Made by a program: the position numbers and the translations under genes
The notes under the pieces: generated by a model
The model's database searches: none
Told to the model about the DNA's origin: nothing
What the model saw: the letters and a program-made list of their open reading frames with translations, nothing else
Origin: Balanoglossus misakiensis
Taxonomy: Eukaryota > Animalia > Hemichordata
Direction of reading: 5' to 3'
Assembly (NCBI GenBank): GCA_040954595.2
Contig: CM082587.2
Coordinates: 4,234,093 to 4,298,092, forward strand
DNA length: 64,000 nt
Shown here: piece after piece, positions 1 through 13,292 of the stretch
How positions within the stretch are numbered: position 1 is the first letter of the stretch
How the letters are laid out: each line of letters begins with the position of its first letter

Positions 1-99
1 TTTTGACCTAATGATGCGGGCAACGACCGGCTCAGACAAGAAGTCACAGTATGACTTCTGAGGAGACTTTATTTTTGAAAGAAAGGCCATGTATAACTG

Positions 100-690
100 A
101 CTAGATTGAGTTTGATCAAGAAATACAAAGGACACCGTAATTCTTACGAAAGTTTAGGTAGCATGGTGTGCATATTAACAGTTAATTTGCATATTCAATG
201 AGGCCGCATATCAAGACGATTGCACAGGTGCTTTGATCGCCCAGTGTTTACACAAACCGAAAGTTTGGTGGGCATGGCTTTAAAATTCAGTGCTGTGGCG
301 AGTTTTATAGTGGGTAATACCAAGCAGATAACTCAATAAATTGCACCCTGAACGACGTGTAATTTTTTTTCAAAAAGTTCAATGGACATGGTGTGATGAT
401 TTATGTCGTGGATTAATATTTGGTGGATACTGATTGCAAACTAATACCTCATGTGCATATTTAATCAAGCAATGAGGCCCTTATTGAAAATATCCCACAG
501 TGACTTTGATCAAACCATTAGAGATATATTATACACAGTAATTAATCAGAAAATAGGATGTAAAGGGTGAGCAGATCGATGAAGGAAAAACTGCAATATA
601 AAATCATATTCCTATTGTGAAAATCTCGCTATGATTTAATACATTTGTTATATATTGAGGATAAACATTTGTCTCCACGTGGGGACAATC
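100..690. repeat. Probable degenerate interspersed repeat in a SARDH intron
   Basis: An internal motif set TGCATATT...CAATGAGGCC...CACAG...CTTTGATC occurs at about 189-238 and again at about 454-511; non-coding. Confidence 0.3.
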
Positions 691-734
691 AAAGTTCCAC
701 TTTGAGTGACATCTCTTTATCGTTCTGATTGTAG

Positions 735-2409
735 GAGCCACCGTCTACACATGCATGTGTAATAAACTTGGCGGTGTTGAGAGTGACTTGACTGTGAGTA
801 CACTGGAACCAACCGATGACAGCTCTGTATTGGCACCCAAATCAGATGGTACGTCTTACAAGTCCTTTGTGAAGTATATGTATCAATATTTTTGACTTGT
901 GCTTTCTTGAGTATCTTCCATGGGGAGTAACCACAGCAACAAACTGATATAAGATGCAGTTCTTTCATGAAATATTCTTCTCTCCAACAGACGTGGCGTT
1001 TTACATCGCAGCAGGTGGTTCCAACTCACAGCAGAGCTACTCGCACATTCTGTCCACCATCCAAGACATGGGATTCAGGTGTGAATTGATCGACCATTCT
1101 GAAGAAATGGGTATTCTGAGTTTACAAGGCCCTTATAGGTATGTCGTCTGGTACCAGTTAGTTTAGTATTTTTGTGCTATTTTGGTAACGTTACATGTTG
1201 GTAAATTCACATTGTAGTTGATTGCTGAGATGGCTATTACTGAAACTTGAGTCTCTCCAAAGCTTCTGTTTAAAAAGATGTTCTGTCTTGTTGGTTGATT
1301 ACAGCCGAGAAGTTCTACAGCAGCTGACATCAACAGATCTAAGCAACGACAACTTCCCCTTCTCCACACACAAGCTGGCAACCGTTGCCGGTCACCAGGT
1401 TCGACTCCTTCGTCTCACGTTTGTCGGAGAACTTGGCTGGGAGCTGCACATTCCAAATGACTCCTGTGTTCCCGTCTACCAGGCCATCATGGAGGCTGGT
1501 GCCAGCTTTGGAATCGCTAATGCGGGTTTCCGAGCTATGGATTCACTCAGCGCAGAGAAAGGTGAGTGCTCCTGGCGTTAATGTGCGTGAATGTAAAGAG
1601 AGAATGCGTGTGTGTGTGGAAGTTTGGCAAGTACTATTATGTCACTCAACACATTTGCATGATTCGGTTTTTTTTTTAATCGCGCGACTTATACATGGCG
1701 AAACTGTTTCTTTCTGAAAGAGTGACATAAAAGCTACCGAATTATGTAGAAATTAGCTACAACGGATTTCCCCTTTAACAGGTTATCGCCATTGGCACGC
1801 TGACGTGAGAATGGACGACACACCTTTGCAAGCCAACCTGGCCTTCACGTGTAAACTGAAGAAGGACACACCATTTCTTGGAAGAGAGGCTCTTGAAAGA
1901 CAAAAGAAGGAAGGCTTGAAGAAAAAATTGGCCTGCTTTATTGTTGATGGGTAAGTGTCTCAAAAAGCGTTCCCCTGTTCATGGATGTATGAGGCAAATA
2001 ATATAGGGTTATTCACAAAATACGGCCCCGAGTTGCTAATTTTAGTCAACAAAATCCCATTAATGTCACTTCTGTTTTTTTTTAACTTTGCAGCTACACT
2101 CCTCTGCATGGTCTGGAGGGTATCTGGAGGAACGGTCAGGCCGTGGGAGCTATACGGTCTACACAGTTCGCCTTTGCGCTGGGCAAAACCATTGCCTATG
2201 GATACGTCCACCATCCCGAAGGTGGCGTTGTCAACAACGCATATCTGAAAGAGGGCGAGTACCAGATAGAGAGCATGGGGGAATTATTCCCGGCCACTTT
2301 CCATGTCAAGTCTCCGTTTGATCCACAAAACAAGAGAATCAAGGGAATTTATGATGCTTTTGTACCAGATGTGACATCACAACAAAAAGAAGGCGTGGCG
2401 ATGACCTGA
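735..2409 (+). CDS. SARDH: Sarcosine dehydrogenase, mitochondrial; 3' part (glycine-cleavage-T-like C-terminal domains). The 5' exons lie upstream of the window.
   Basis: GT-AG exons 735-848, 991-1138, 1305-1561, 1782-1950 and 2094-2409 splice in frame: [21 protein letters not shown]...GILSLQGP...[14 protein letters not shown]...[15 protein letters not shown]...[21 protein letters not shown]...[15 protein letters not shown]. This closely matches vertebrate SARDH as recalled ([36 protein letters not shown]). Confidence 0.93.
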
Positions 2410-3769
2410 TGAACAGTAGTAGATCATGTATTGTTGATGGTTCCAATCCTTCAACCTAAACAGAAAGTTTGCCCCAATAACCTCCCAGAGTGATAGTCAA
2501 AGCGTCGAAATCCGGTCTTCTTTTGTCTGAAAGTGTTTTACTATACAGAGATTCAAGTGTTTTGCATTACCCATAAAGCAGTTTCTCGTGTTTTTTAAAT
2601 AAGGGTGGAAAGGTTGTAAATGTTACTTGGGGCAGTCATTCTAAAATATGTTTTACGAGCACATTCAAGCAATCAGGTGGTAGCTACAGAGATATTACCT
2701 TTCAAGTTTGTTTTATGACCTCGGATTGATGCTACTTGATTTGGGAGGGGGGTTAAGACTCGTTACGAAATGCCTGGCGCATCGCTTCTTCTAGACTGTG
2801 TCTCTATTAGTTTGCTTTTTTAGTTGTCTATAGTGCAATGCTACATGAAAATTGTACAATTGTATTATAACGATGATTTTAATACGGGTACTTCTTATCC
2901 TGAGCAGCTGCAGACAGGGTGAGAGCAACCCTTTAACCATTTCACCACCAAATAAGAAGACATTTGCGGAATGAATCAACCGCAGACATACAGGATGTTT
3001 CACCGAATGAGTGCAACATTTCAATAACACTGTAGTATAACAGTACTAAATGTATAGTATATGAACAGTATTAATGTAATGAAATTTAAAATTACTCTAT
3101 GCATGATATGGAAAATAGTGAAATGTATTGACATAATAAATGTTCTTCATGTTATTTCTTTGTTGTGGCGTTTGTGTAACATTCTCCCAATTGTAAGTAA
3201 CGTAGCCTCTATTGGTCATATTAAGCACGTACATGTAGTGTAGACACATCATGTCCGCCATCTTGGATAGAGAAAGTGATGGCAATGGCATGCAAATTTT
3301 CTTCTGGAGTCGAGACACGAGGGCGCAAGCAGAGACAGCAGTTTATTATATGAGGTTTTGCATTCCTATATGTATTCTGAGATTATTTGAATACATGGTT
3401 CCGTAAGTAGGAGAGGTTGGGAGATGGTAGATCTAAAAATAAGGATTGGCAAGTGAAGCAATCTGGGAAATTCAGTAGATAGGTTTGGGGTTTGCTCTGG
3501 CCAGAATTTGCCTATTCGTGATGTGTGTAGACCAGGTAGAAGCGTATGGAGCGACCTGCTTTCTGTCTATGGTTCTATCTGTTCTATTCTGGACAAAGTC
3601 GTTGCCAAGGCCTTCAAAATAGGAGTGTTTGTACCGTCTTTCAGCATCTATGAAGTGCTAAGCTGAAGGTACTTAGGAACCAGATTGCGCCCTCTTTCGG
3701 CTGAATACGGCAGGACAAATAGTTACATATACACACGTACATTGAGCCAACATATGCAAGGTACGGACG

Positions 3770-3953
3770 GTAGACGTGGGAAGTTAGGGTCCCGGTGTTC
3801 ATCGCACCAGTAGTCGCGCAGGTTCACCAGTCACGCCCCCCTTTCCCCAAATCCGAGTAGTCGGGGTCTGTACCCGGAACATTTTCGAGTGTTTTCGTGC
3901 GATCGGCGGTCGAGCGACGGCGAAGTCCAGCAACCGAGAAATCACTTAATCAG
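3770..3953 (+). promoter_or_regulatory. Probable promoter and non-coding first exon of the NR5B-like gene
   Basis: CpG-rich patch with a GC-box-like CACGCCCC, ending at a donor-like CAG|GTCAGT (3953/3954) about 2.8 kb upstream of the coding exon. Inferred; no transcript data. Confidence 0.4.
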
Positions 3954-6767
3954 GTCAGTGCAGCCTTTGCCTGCGTAAGGCCAGTGTTTATCATGTTCGT
4001 CGACCGAGTTCTTGTTACTGGTCGTGCTTACAAGAAAAAACGGGCGATCGTGGACATGGTGGTGCCATGTGGTCACATTTTTCTCAGGGAGTGAATGTAT
4101 TCTGATCTTGCACTTTTCGTATGTATACATAAGTAGTTTGGCAGACGACCTTGAGCGAGCAGTTGGTTGGGAGAAATAGGTTAAGCTGAAATGAGGTCAC
4201 TGTACTGTGCTGGTACTTGTCCATATTGAGTTCATCCTGTAGTGTACTGGGTATTTTGGGGGAACAGAGCCCTGTGAGCTATGTATTTTGAGAGTTTTAC
4301 ATTGAAGGACAGATATTCCTTATTCAAAATGCAAGATTTTTCTATAGAGAGTAACCTAATAATGGCGTTTCTGGCAGTGGTGCACTGGCTTAGTTCATTG
4401 TACTTATTGACAAATTGCAAAGGTTGGGCATGTGTACAATGTACTCCTCAGCAGGTCGCGTACCCGGCAAAGGTCGGTGAGTCCCTGAGGTTATTTTCCC
4501 ATCTCCAAGAAGCGTTTTTTTTACGAGAAAATATGTACGACAAACGCTGTGGTCTCAATGTCCTTCAACGAACTATTGCTTTTACGTCTGTATCAGTGGA
4601 ACTAGAAATAGTGTGAATGGGGTCAGTGTCGTTTGCGACGACCTATATCTTTAATTTTAAAAGTACAGCAGGTACCAGTTTATTTTTGGCAGAGAACCTA
4701 TTTATCTACTTAGCAGTCACCAGATTTTGACCGACCAGCTTGAGAAGATTTTATGACTTTATTTTATGAATTAATAACTGTCATTCTCAACTTGCCCCAA
4801 TTTCTGTTGACCCAGATAGCAATTTCCTTTTAAGAAAATCAGTGAATTACCAGTTTTGAAGTCTTTAGAGGTCACTATTTTACCATCAAAGATATGACTG
4901 ATTATTTTAAATTAGTCTACTACCGAGAAATTGCATTTACGGTGACCTAATGTAGCTTTTACAGGTGAGCATATTCTCAGAATGTAATGTACATCCAGCT
5001 ATCTCAAAAACTAGTTGTATTGTCCATTTCATATTCTCACAATAATGTGTTACATGTACTTTATATGCTGAAAATATCCAAATTGTATTTTGGGGTAATT
5101 TTAATCATTTTAATAAAAAAAAAAAATTCAGACACCAATGCTTTGATAGGAGTGTTCTCATTGTACATTTTAAATGGTTACATACAACATGTATTGGTTG
5201 TCAGGGTCTCCTTGAACAGCGTAAACAATGTGGATAGTGTGTTTGTAAACAAAAACAGTTGCACACGTGCAGTTTAGACGACCCCCCCCCCCCCTTTAAT
5301 GTGGCTTGCCTTTGATCTAAACTGGAACGTGACCTCATTTCCTATTCTAACCATGTACACGTACACCTAAGGGGCCATGGATACAATGTAAGTTAAACTC
5401 GCGCATGACAAACACAACTACAAATGGCATTTGATTTTGACCCCTTCCATCCCTCCGTTTGGGTGTGTGAAAATGCGACAAAGAATGCTTTGAACGTTGA
5501 CATACATGTACAGAGGCCCCTCAAAGACATATATTTGTTCCAAACCAAGTCAGGTGAAGGAAAAGAGTACATGTCAATCAGAATTGCGCTGTTTTCTGAG
5601 CGTAACTAACAAAACCCCTCCATCTGTGAACTAAAACTAAAGGGTACGTGGCATTAAGGAGTGGGGTTATCAATGGACTAATGTCGCTTTGTCATGAAAA
5701 TTCAACCCGACAAAAACATCGCACGAGACTGCACGTGTAGTCTACAAGAAAATTGATCTGCAGCTCATGGGACAAAACAAATAGTTGAATGGCTGTGCGC
5801 AGTCAACTAAGGTCAGGGCCGACGTCTGTTGCGTTGAGTGACTTCCAAAAGAAAGGCTCTATACACTGTATTTATGCACTGTCTGGCCAAGGTCACTCCG
5901 TAATACAAACCAATGATACAACATTGTAAATACACAGCTGATAGCTGAAAAATGGAACAGTACATGTATTATGTGACTTAAACATGGAAGAGAACTGCAC
6001 ATGTATTTTGCTTAATTTTTTAAAAATATTAGAACAGTCTGTTCATAGCTTGATACAAGTCATTTAGCCAAAAAAGATAAATAACAGATTATTCTCATGT
6101 CAGAAGTGTCTGTTTTAATGCATTTATGACTCTGATTTTAATTAGTTTGTGCCACAGTCATTGTGTTTGTACAACTGTGACAGCTCCTGATCTCAGGAGA
6201 TACATGTATCTGGTGTCCATCGCTCAGTTATCCTATTGTGTAATAGGCCACTTACATATGATATATATATATTTGTTATTATTAGCTATGACTGTTTTAC
6301 ACATTAACAGCAATATTGTTCAATCTACCACAGAGTGTGTATACAGTTTTAACAGTAATAGCAATCAAATTCTTTTGTCTGTTTTTGCTATGTACGGTGG
6401 CGTGGGTTCATGGTTTTTCTTTTCTTTTTTTCTCTCTCTCTCTCTCAGAATGAAATCAAGATGATGACATCTGAATTTGGTTGTCATGGTAACTGTTACA
6501 GGAAGCTGTGATTTTTTCAGGATTAGGCATTTTCGTGGTAGCTGTGGATTACCTGCAGGCATTAAGCAACTGCCCACGCTTACATGTGAACAAGCATAAT
6601 GAGGATGGTGATATATTTATAGTTATAGCTGTTTGAGATATGATTTCAGGAAACGTGAAGGGCACAATACCCAGGGGAAGTTGTACGTAACGTGTGAAGG
6701 GGTTTCCTAATTAGTCTTTCAAGCGACTTGACAGATCGACTCGAGGAGAGATAGATTTTGCTTCTAT

Positions 6768-9700
6768 ATGTACGTCATGTCCGTGCCGATTCCAAAAAAG
6801 AAAAGATGGCTCCAGGCGAGTGGGATGAGTGACAGTCCGCCAACGCCAACCGGGAAAGGGGAAAGCTCGGCTGATTATGGATTGAAGGCGACGCCCTATT
6901 CCAGCGTGATGCAGTCGCCGATGTCGGTGCAGTCGCTGGATTCGGTCGGATCGTCGGAGAGCAGCGAGTGGGAGAATTCCCGCGGCAGCAGCACGTCCAG
7001 CAGCGCCGCAAGTTCCAGGGACCCGCTGAGCCCCGGAAACTCGACCGAGAACGACCTGGCCTGTCCCTCGCCGGCCGCCGCCTACAGAGGTGGACCATAC
7101 TCCCCGCAGGTGCCCAGCCCGCAGATCTGCGGCGGCAGATACTCCAAACTGCTCAGCCCTAAACCGACATCATGCCTGCAGCCTCAGCCAGCCTCACTGC
7201 CGATGAGTCCAGTGTCGCCGGGCTGGGGGTGCCATAGATCCCCCCATGCTGCTGCTCGTTCGGAGATCAGCGGCGGATCCCCAGTCCCTGATTTGTCTCA
7301 GGCCAAGAGTGCGAAGAAGGCGACGCGCATGCCAAAATTGATACTAAAAATCTCCAAGGGGTCCAGGTGTTCGCCGGGTGAGGGTGCGGCCCCCAAGTTC
7401 AAAGCCAGTGAGGAGAGTCACCGCATCAAAGTGCTGGAGCGTGAAGACGTGGGCAGGCAGAATAATGGGCTGTTAATGCAAATGCCACAACAGCATCGGC
7501 TGAACGCAGATCCTCCATGGAACAGGTCACCCAGAGTTGAGGGGTGCACTGGTGGGGCCGAGCTGACCCAAAGGCTGCAGTGTCCAGAAGAAACACAGGA
7601 GAGGGGCAGGGTGGCCTCCCCCGGCAGAGTGACTACACTGGAGAACAGCCACGCGCGCTGGATGTCATTAAACCCTGCCACTGATTACTGTTATGATAGC
7701 AGCGGTGACCTCAATTTCACAAGCGGACACGGTGGAGCCCAAACACCGAAAGACACTCGTAGGAACTGCAGGGACAGTGGCGAGTGTTACTACGGCGACA
7801 GGAGAGAGGAATTACAGCGGTGTTCTGTTGAATTGAGGACTGCGGTGAAGAGGGAACAGGCCGGCAAATCACAGTGTGGTTTTGTGTCTGCTTCAGACAA
7901 AGAGAGAGAAAGGCATGCTGGAATATGCCTGGACACTGCTGTTGCCATGACCGTGGGGGAAGAGAGTGGTCGCGGTGACTTTGCCAAGAGTGACACGGCA
8001 CCGAATGGCAACTGTGGGGTAAAGGATGAAGAGATGTTCTGGACCCCAAATAGTGGTGGTGGTACCGTCGGCGTGGCACAAGATTATAGTGTGGAGTCCC
8101 ACTGCAGCCGGAGAAACCCCGCGATTGACGATGGCCAGCGGTTCGCCGACATCCAGAAGGCGATCAAGAACGAGCCCGCCGACCCGCCGGACGGCGACGG
8201 CGTCGTCGGCGGCGACAAGGGCAGCGGGAACAACGTCCTGGAGCAGATACTGCACGAGCCGGACCGGAACGAGTTCATGCAGAAGCCGTGTCCAGTCTGC
8301 GGGGACAAGATCTCGGGCTACCACTACGGCATCTACTCCTGCGAGAGCTGCAAGGGCTTCTTCAAGCGCACCGTGCAGAACAAGCGCCACGAGAGACTCA
8401 AGTGTATGATGAGCGGGATGTGCGAGGTCATGATCCCGAATCGGAAGAGATGCGCGTCGTGTCGCTTCAACAAGTGCCTGTCCATGGGAATGAAATTAGA
8501 AGGTGAGTTACATGCACATTTTTTACGGTGACATTTTTTCGTTTTTGCCTTTGCGACATTTGTGGCAGTTTGGGAGTGGGGGGGGGGGGTGTCTCGGATT
8601 TCTTGGAAGTGGGTCATTGGTGTTTTTTTGTGCATCCTTGACCTCGCGATGAACGTGTGGAATCAGGTCAGACCGGCACTAAAACCGATACAGATCTGCT
8701 CGGGTGAAAGACCTCCACATGAACTTCTGGCAGGGTCTTTTGCCCGTAAAATCCCAACTTGTTTTACTCCATGGTGGTTCATGTGCAAATATTGCTCACA
8801 CTGGCAAATTTTAACTTAGACCTAGTCCTGTCTAAGTAATTTGCCTTTGAGAATGGACTTGGTCTGTGTCTATAAGATCATATGTAAATTAAGACCGACC
8901 TAAATTAAGTGTTTCATGATCAACAACCTACGTGTATCAGCGTTGAAAATGGCGGACTTAAGCTTAAACAACAACTTTTTTAAAATTGTCTCTCTCCACA
9001 CACATACTGTCTGTATCAAACGACAGATCTATGTTCGTCATTACTGGGGACGATCTCGCACATCCAAACAACAAGTGAAGTAGCCAGATGTCTGGAAACT
9101 AATTGATTATGTAATGACATGCTCCAGTTTTATCAGGAGGTGGAAATCAATTGATTGTGTGATAATACGCTTGATGAATATCAGGAGCTTATCACTTTCA
9201 GTGGCGACGTCTTGCTGGTTCACTCAGTGGTTGTCAGTCAGACTTTAGATCATCATGTTCTGTGTAGGACATGCTTATACTTAACAGGTTGTACCATGCT
9301 AAATATTCACTACAAATTATTTATGCCTAATATAGAAAAATTTGCTGTACTGTACATGTATGTATTTAAAGATTTGTTTGAGTGTACTATTAGCCTCTTA
9401 TATCTGAGAATAAATTTAACTTTGCAAATGGTGCTGCTTTTTGAAGGCAAAACTTATTGTTGAATTTTTTAGACTCCCTAGCCAGACCACAGTTTTTATG
9501 TTAAAACCACCTACACAAGACCTTGGAACACCAACTTGGCCAGCATAGCAGTTAGCATTAATGGTATTATTATACAAGTGTTAAACGGTAACTTTGTATT
9601 TGTCCACTGTTTCATTTCATCAAAAGTTAATATTGATCTTTGCCTGTGTTTTTAATTACTTTGTTTAATTTACAAGAAAATAAAATAAAGTGAACATATG

Positions 9701-12700
9701 GCCATGTCAGTGTTTAGTATTACTATAAAACCCACCAATATGTTACAGTAAAGTATGGTGAAATATGAGCATGATATTTGTCCTACAATTGCCTAAAAAC
9801 ACATCACTATTGTTTCAACAGTGTGTCTAGTAAAGTCTAGTTAAGGAACCCCTGAGGTTTATAAGTGCAGTACATTAGAGTAATTGGTAAAACATATCCT
9901 ACCTACTTATCCAATTACTTTGCAACATTATCCCTTAAATATACATTGCGTATGTCTGTAGCCTTACTAGTATTACCCCAATGGAAAAATGTTACTAGAC
10001 CTCCTGAATTTTGCATCAGATTGATTTGTTACACGAACAATGCAAGAACATACAGGCGTTAGCGACAATAAAAGTAGACGTACTGATTGATTGAGCTTGA
10101 GGGACCTACATGAAAAGCCTTTCAACACGTCACGCAATCAATTTTGCATGGGTAGGTAACCGTGTGCGCCTGTTTGAGGTCTTCCATACACTTAGAAATC
10201 TGTTATGTAGGACAGGGCTGCTCAGTTTCTGAGTAGGACACGGTGGAAAAGTTAAAACCCATGCAATATGTGAACAACGACTGTGGGTACGTTTGGACCT
10301 TAGAAATTTTGTACATCGATACTGCACCCACAAGAGTGACTTAGAATGTTGTCACTGTCCCCAGATTTTATGTTAGTCTCTTAGAGTGACCACCAGAGCC
10401 AGTCAATATCGAGATTCTACCTACCAACCATTTTGCAGAGAAAAACGCATTTTAGCACAAAATATGAAAAACCAGTCACCCTAATTATATATATTCCATA
10501 ATTTTGTATGTCCCTGGCAATTCTGTCATTTTAACAACTGACCCTATCACTGAAAAAAAAAATGTTACGATATACAACTGAATGTGTTTATGATCACTAA
10601 TCCTCCCCCACTGATTCCCAGCATATGGAGTGAACGGAGACAGATGGGCTGATAGCATTAACAGCATTTTTTCAATGCTGGGGCCCCACATTCATCTCAA
10701 CTCGGAAGAGGATTGCTGAAATCACATTGCAATGCATGAAAATCTTGCGACCGAATTACCGGGTAATGGGAAAAACCTTGCAGCTCCTTTCAACATCCTC
10801 GAACTTTCAAAGACCTTTGGGTGCATTTAATAGACTTTGGAACTCAGACATGAACTGGAGACACTGTTTTGAAGGTTACCTGTCCTCCTTTTTATACACC
10901 GCCCACGCTAAAAAAAAGTATATCATCAGGGGCAGTGCATAATGACTGCACACGGAGAGTTACATGAAATGCCTCGCGTTTTGAAAACATATGGGCTTTT
11001 CTTTTCAATGAACAAAGTAAAAAAAATATGCTTCGTATAGCAAGACTAATTAAGCATGTACTTCTATTACAATCGCAGTATTGCACGTATTGAATGCAGA
11101 CATGTATCTTTTCATTCTAAAATGCCAACATATATATTCGTCCTTATCTGTTGCGTACGTGACAGCTTATCACCATTGGGAATGAATAAACCTGAATTAA
11201 ACCATTTGCAACTTGTTTTTGTTAAATTTTATGTAACAAATTTCAATTAATTATACATGTATTGCGTACAAAATGTATCTTGATCAAGGACAGCACCTTA
11301 TCAATCATGCATTATTTGCTCCAGTTTAATCCAATATGGCTGCCCACTCAGAACATTAACATTTGTTTTTCATTCTCTGTGCATTTTTTTTTTCAGCAAT
11401 TCGAGCAGACCGGCAACGTGGGGGTCGGAGTCTGTACCAGGGATCATCGGAGTACAAACGCAAACTTCTCCTGGAACATGAAAACAAAGCGATGCAGCCG
11501 AAGAAGAGGAGAAACTCGAGCGTGTCGTCGTCCGTGGCGACGAAGCAAGGGGAGCCGGCGACGGTCGGCAAGGCGACGGTTGTCAGCAATCAGGGAGAAG
11601 CGGAGGAGATTGCGAGCGTCGCGCAAGACACGCCAGCGGTGTCGGGACTCATGAAGGAACTTCTGGCGAAGGAGGAACTGATGCTGGAGACGGCTAAATG
11701 TACCGAGTGCAAGGATCTTCAGATCGGCGATCTGAAGAACTTCAAGGTGTTCCTTCACGTGGTGGACCATGTGCTCTTCAGTTTGGTCGGATGGGCACGT
11801 AAACTCCCGTACTTTGAGGAGGTTGAGGTGGGTTCCTGAATATATAACTGCATGCATGCGTGCACATGCACACACACTCACGCATGCACACACATTGTAG
11901 CAGAATTTGAAACAGAACTTGAAAATTCCACCCCAAATTCTAGCCATTTAACCTGCGCTGTTTTTCGCTACGGTTCAGGAAACATTTGATAAAAGATCTG
12001 GGACAGTGGGAACCCTGAAATCACATCTGTTATCAATAATTATGACTGCATTGATATACAAAGGGCAACCCTGGCAAAAATCATTCATGACAAGGGGACC
12101 TCGGTGACATCTACCTGGGTATTTAACTGCTTTTTTAAGTTAATGGGAAATGGTGGGGATATAAAACTGCGGACAGTGCCCGCTGTGCTGGTGTCATTTG
12201 ATAGGACAAATAGAAAAGTGCTGTGCGTGTCAGACACAAAGTACAGTGACTGGCGGACTCTTTTATCGTTAACTCGTCCGTCATTCATAGCAGAAAAGAA
12301 AAGGGCCGTCTATGATGTCATGCAAGCCAAAATGGAGTAATTCTGTCATTGGCACTAAATATCTGTTGTCTTCATTCACCAGACCGACGACCAAATCAAG
12401 TTGCTTCAAGCCGCCTGGTGTCAGATCGTGGTGCTCTCGTCCTCCTTCAAATCCATTCCCTTGGGAGACTGCATTGTGCTGCTGAACGGCACCAAGCTGA
12501 CCGGCGACGGCATGCAGGAGTACGGCGGGTCGGAGGTCATCAATCGCATGATCGATCTGACGGATCACCTGCGGCGCTTGAAGGTGGACAAATACGAGAT
12601 CGAAGCCTTCAAACTCATGTTGCTTCTACAGTCAGGTGCGTTTGATGTTGCGTTGTTATCCTTGCACTGTCTTGTCTGCAGCAGCTTAGAGCACAAGCAA

Positions 12701-13292
12701 CATATTACCTCTTCATTCACTTTCTACAGTCAATATTTAATTAGCCAGAATGCAATTATCGTATGCTTTGACTCATTGCTATGATGTCAACAAATCTATT
12801 TAAAGGCTTAAGTACAGAGCTAAGGGCACTTCTGTTGGGGCAAGTAATCAACCCTTTTAGATGTAGCCAGTAACTGTGTATGATAAACAGAAGATCATAT
12901 TCAATGTATATATGCCCATTTAAGGTACCTTGCACACCGCCATAGTAGATGCAAGAATTTTTTCGAATCACCGTGATTGTTTTCTCCTGTCTCCAGATTG
13001 CGTAGGCCTGTCCAACCCTTCAGAAGTTCACAGCCTGCAGGAGAAGATTGAGGATGAGCTGCTGAGCTACATGGAGCGGCACTACCCCGAGCAGCCCAAC
13101 AAGTTCGCCGAGCTGATCGTGCGGATTTCGGAGATCGAGCGCATCTGCTACATCGTCAAGGAGCTGCTGATGCTCAAGCAGCTGACGGGCGACGTGCCGG
13201 AGATCAACCTGCTGAGCGAGCTCATGGAGGGCGCCTCCAAGGTGGAGACAATCAAGCCGCAGAAGGTGGCCATGAAGAAAGGGTCGTCGTGA
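6768..13292 (+). CDS. NR5 (FTZ-F1 family) nuclear receptor, most similar to NR5B/HR39
   Basis: Exons 6768-8502, 11397-11827, 12383-12635 and 12997-13292. The C4 zinc-finger [34 protein letters not shown] carries the NR5 P-box ESCKG. The C-terminal extension [18 protein letters not shown] resembles HR39 AIREDRTRGGRSTYQ. The LBD signature is WARKLPYF...[11 protein letters not shown] and the AF-2 is NLLSELM. Start codon (6768 or 6777) is uncertain. Confidence 0.88.

Noticed and set aside
3300-3720. Possible decayed retroelement or pseudogene fragment
   Set aside because: Translations have stops and no recognisable RT, endonuclease or transposase motif. A TBLASTX or RepeatMasker search would be needed.
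6775-8635. Antisense and alternate-frame ORFs over the nuclear-receptor exon
   Set aside because: Shadow ORFs of GC-rich coding sequence with no recognisable domains.
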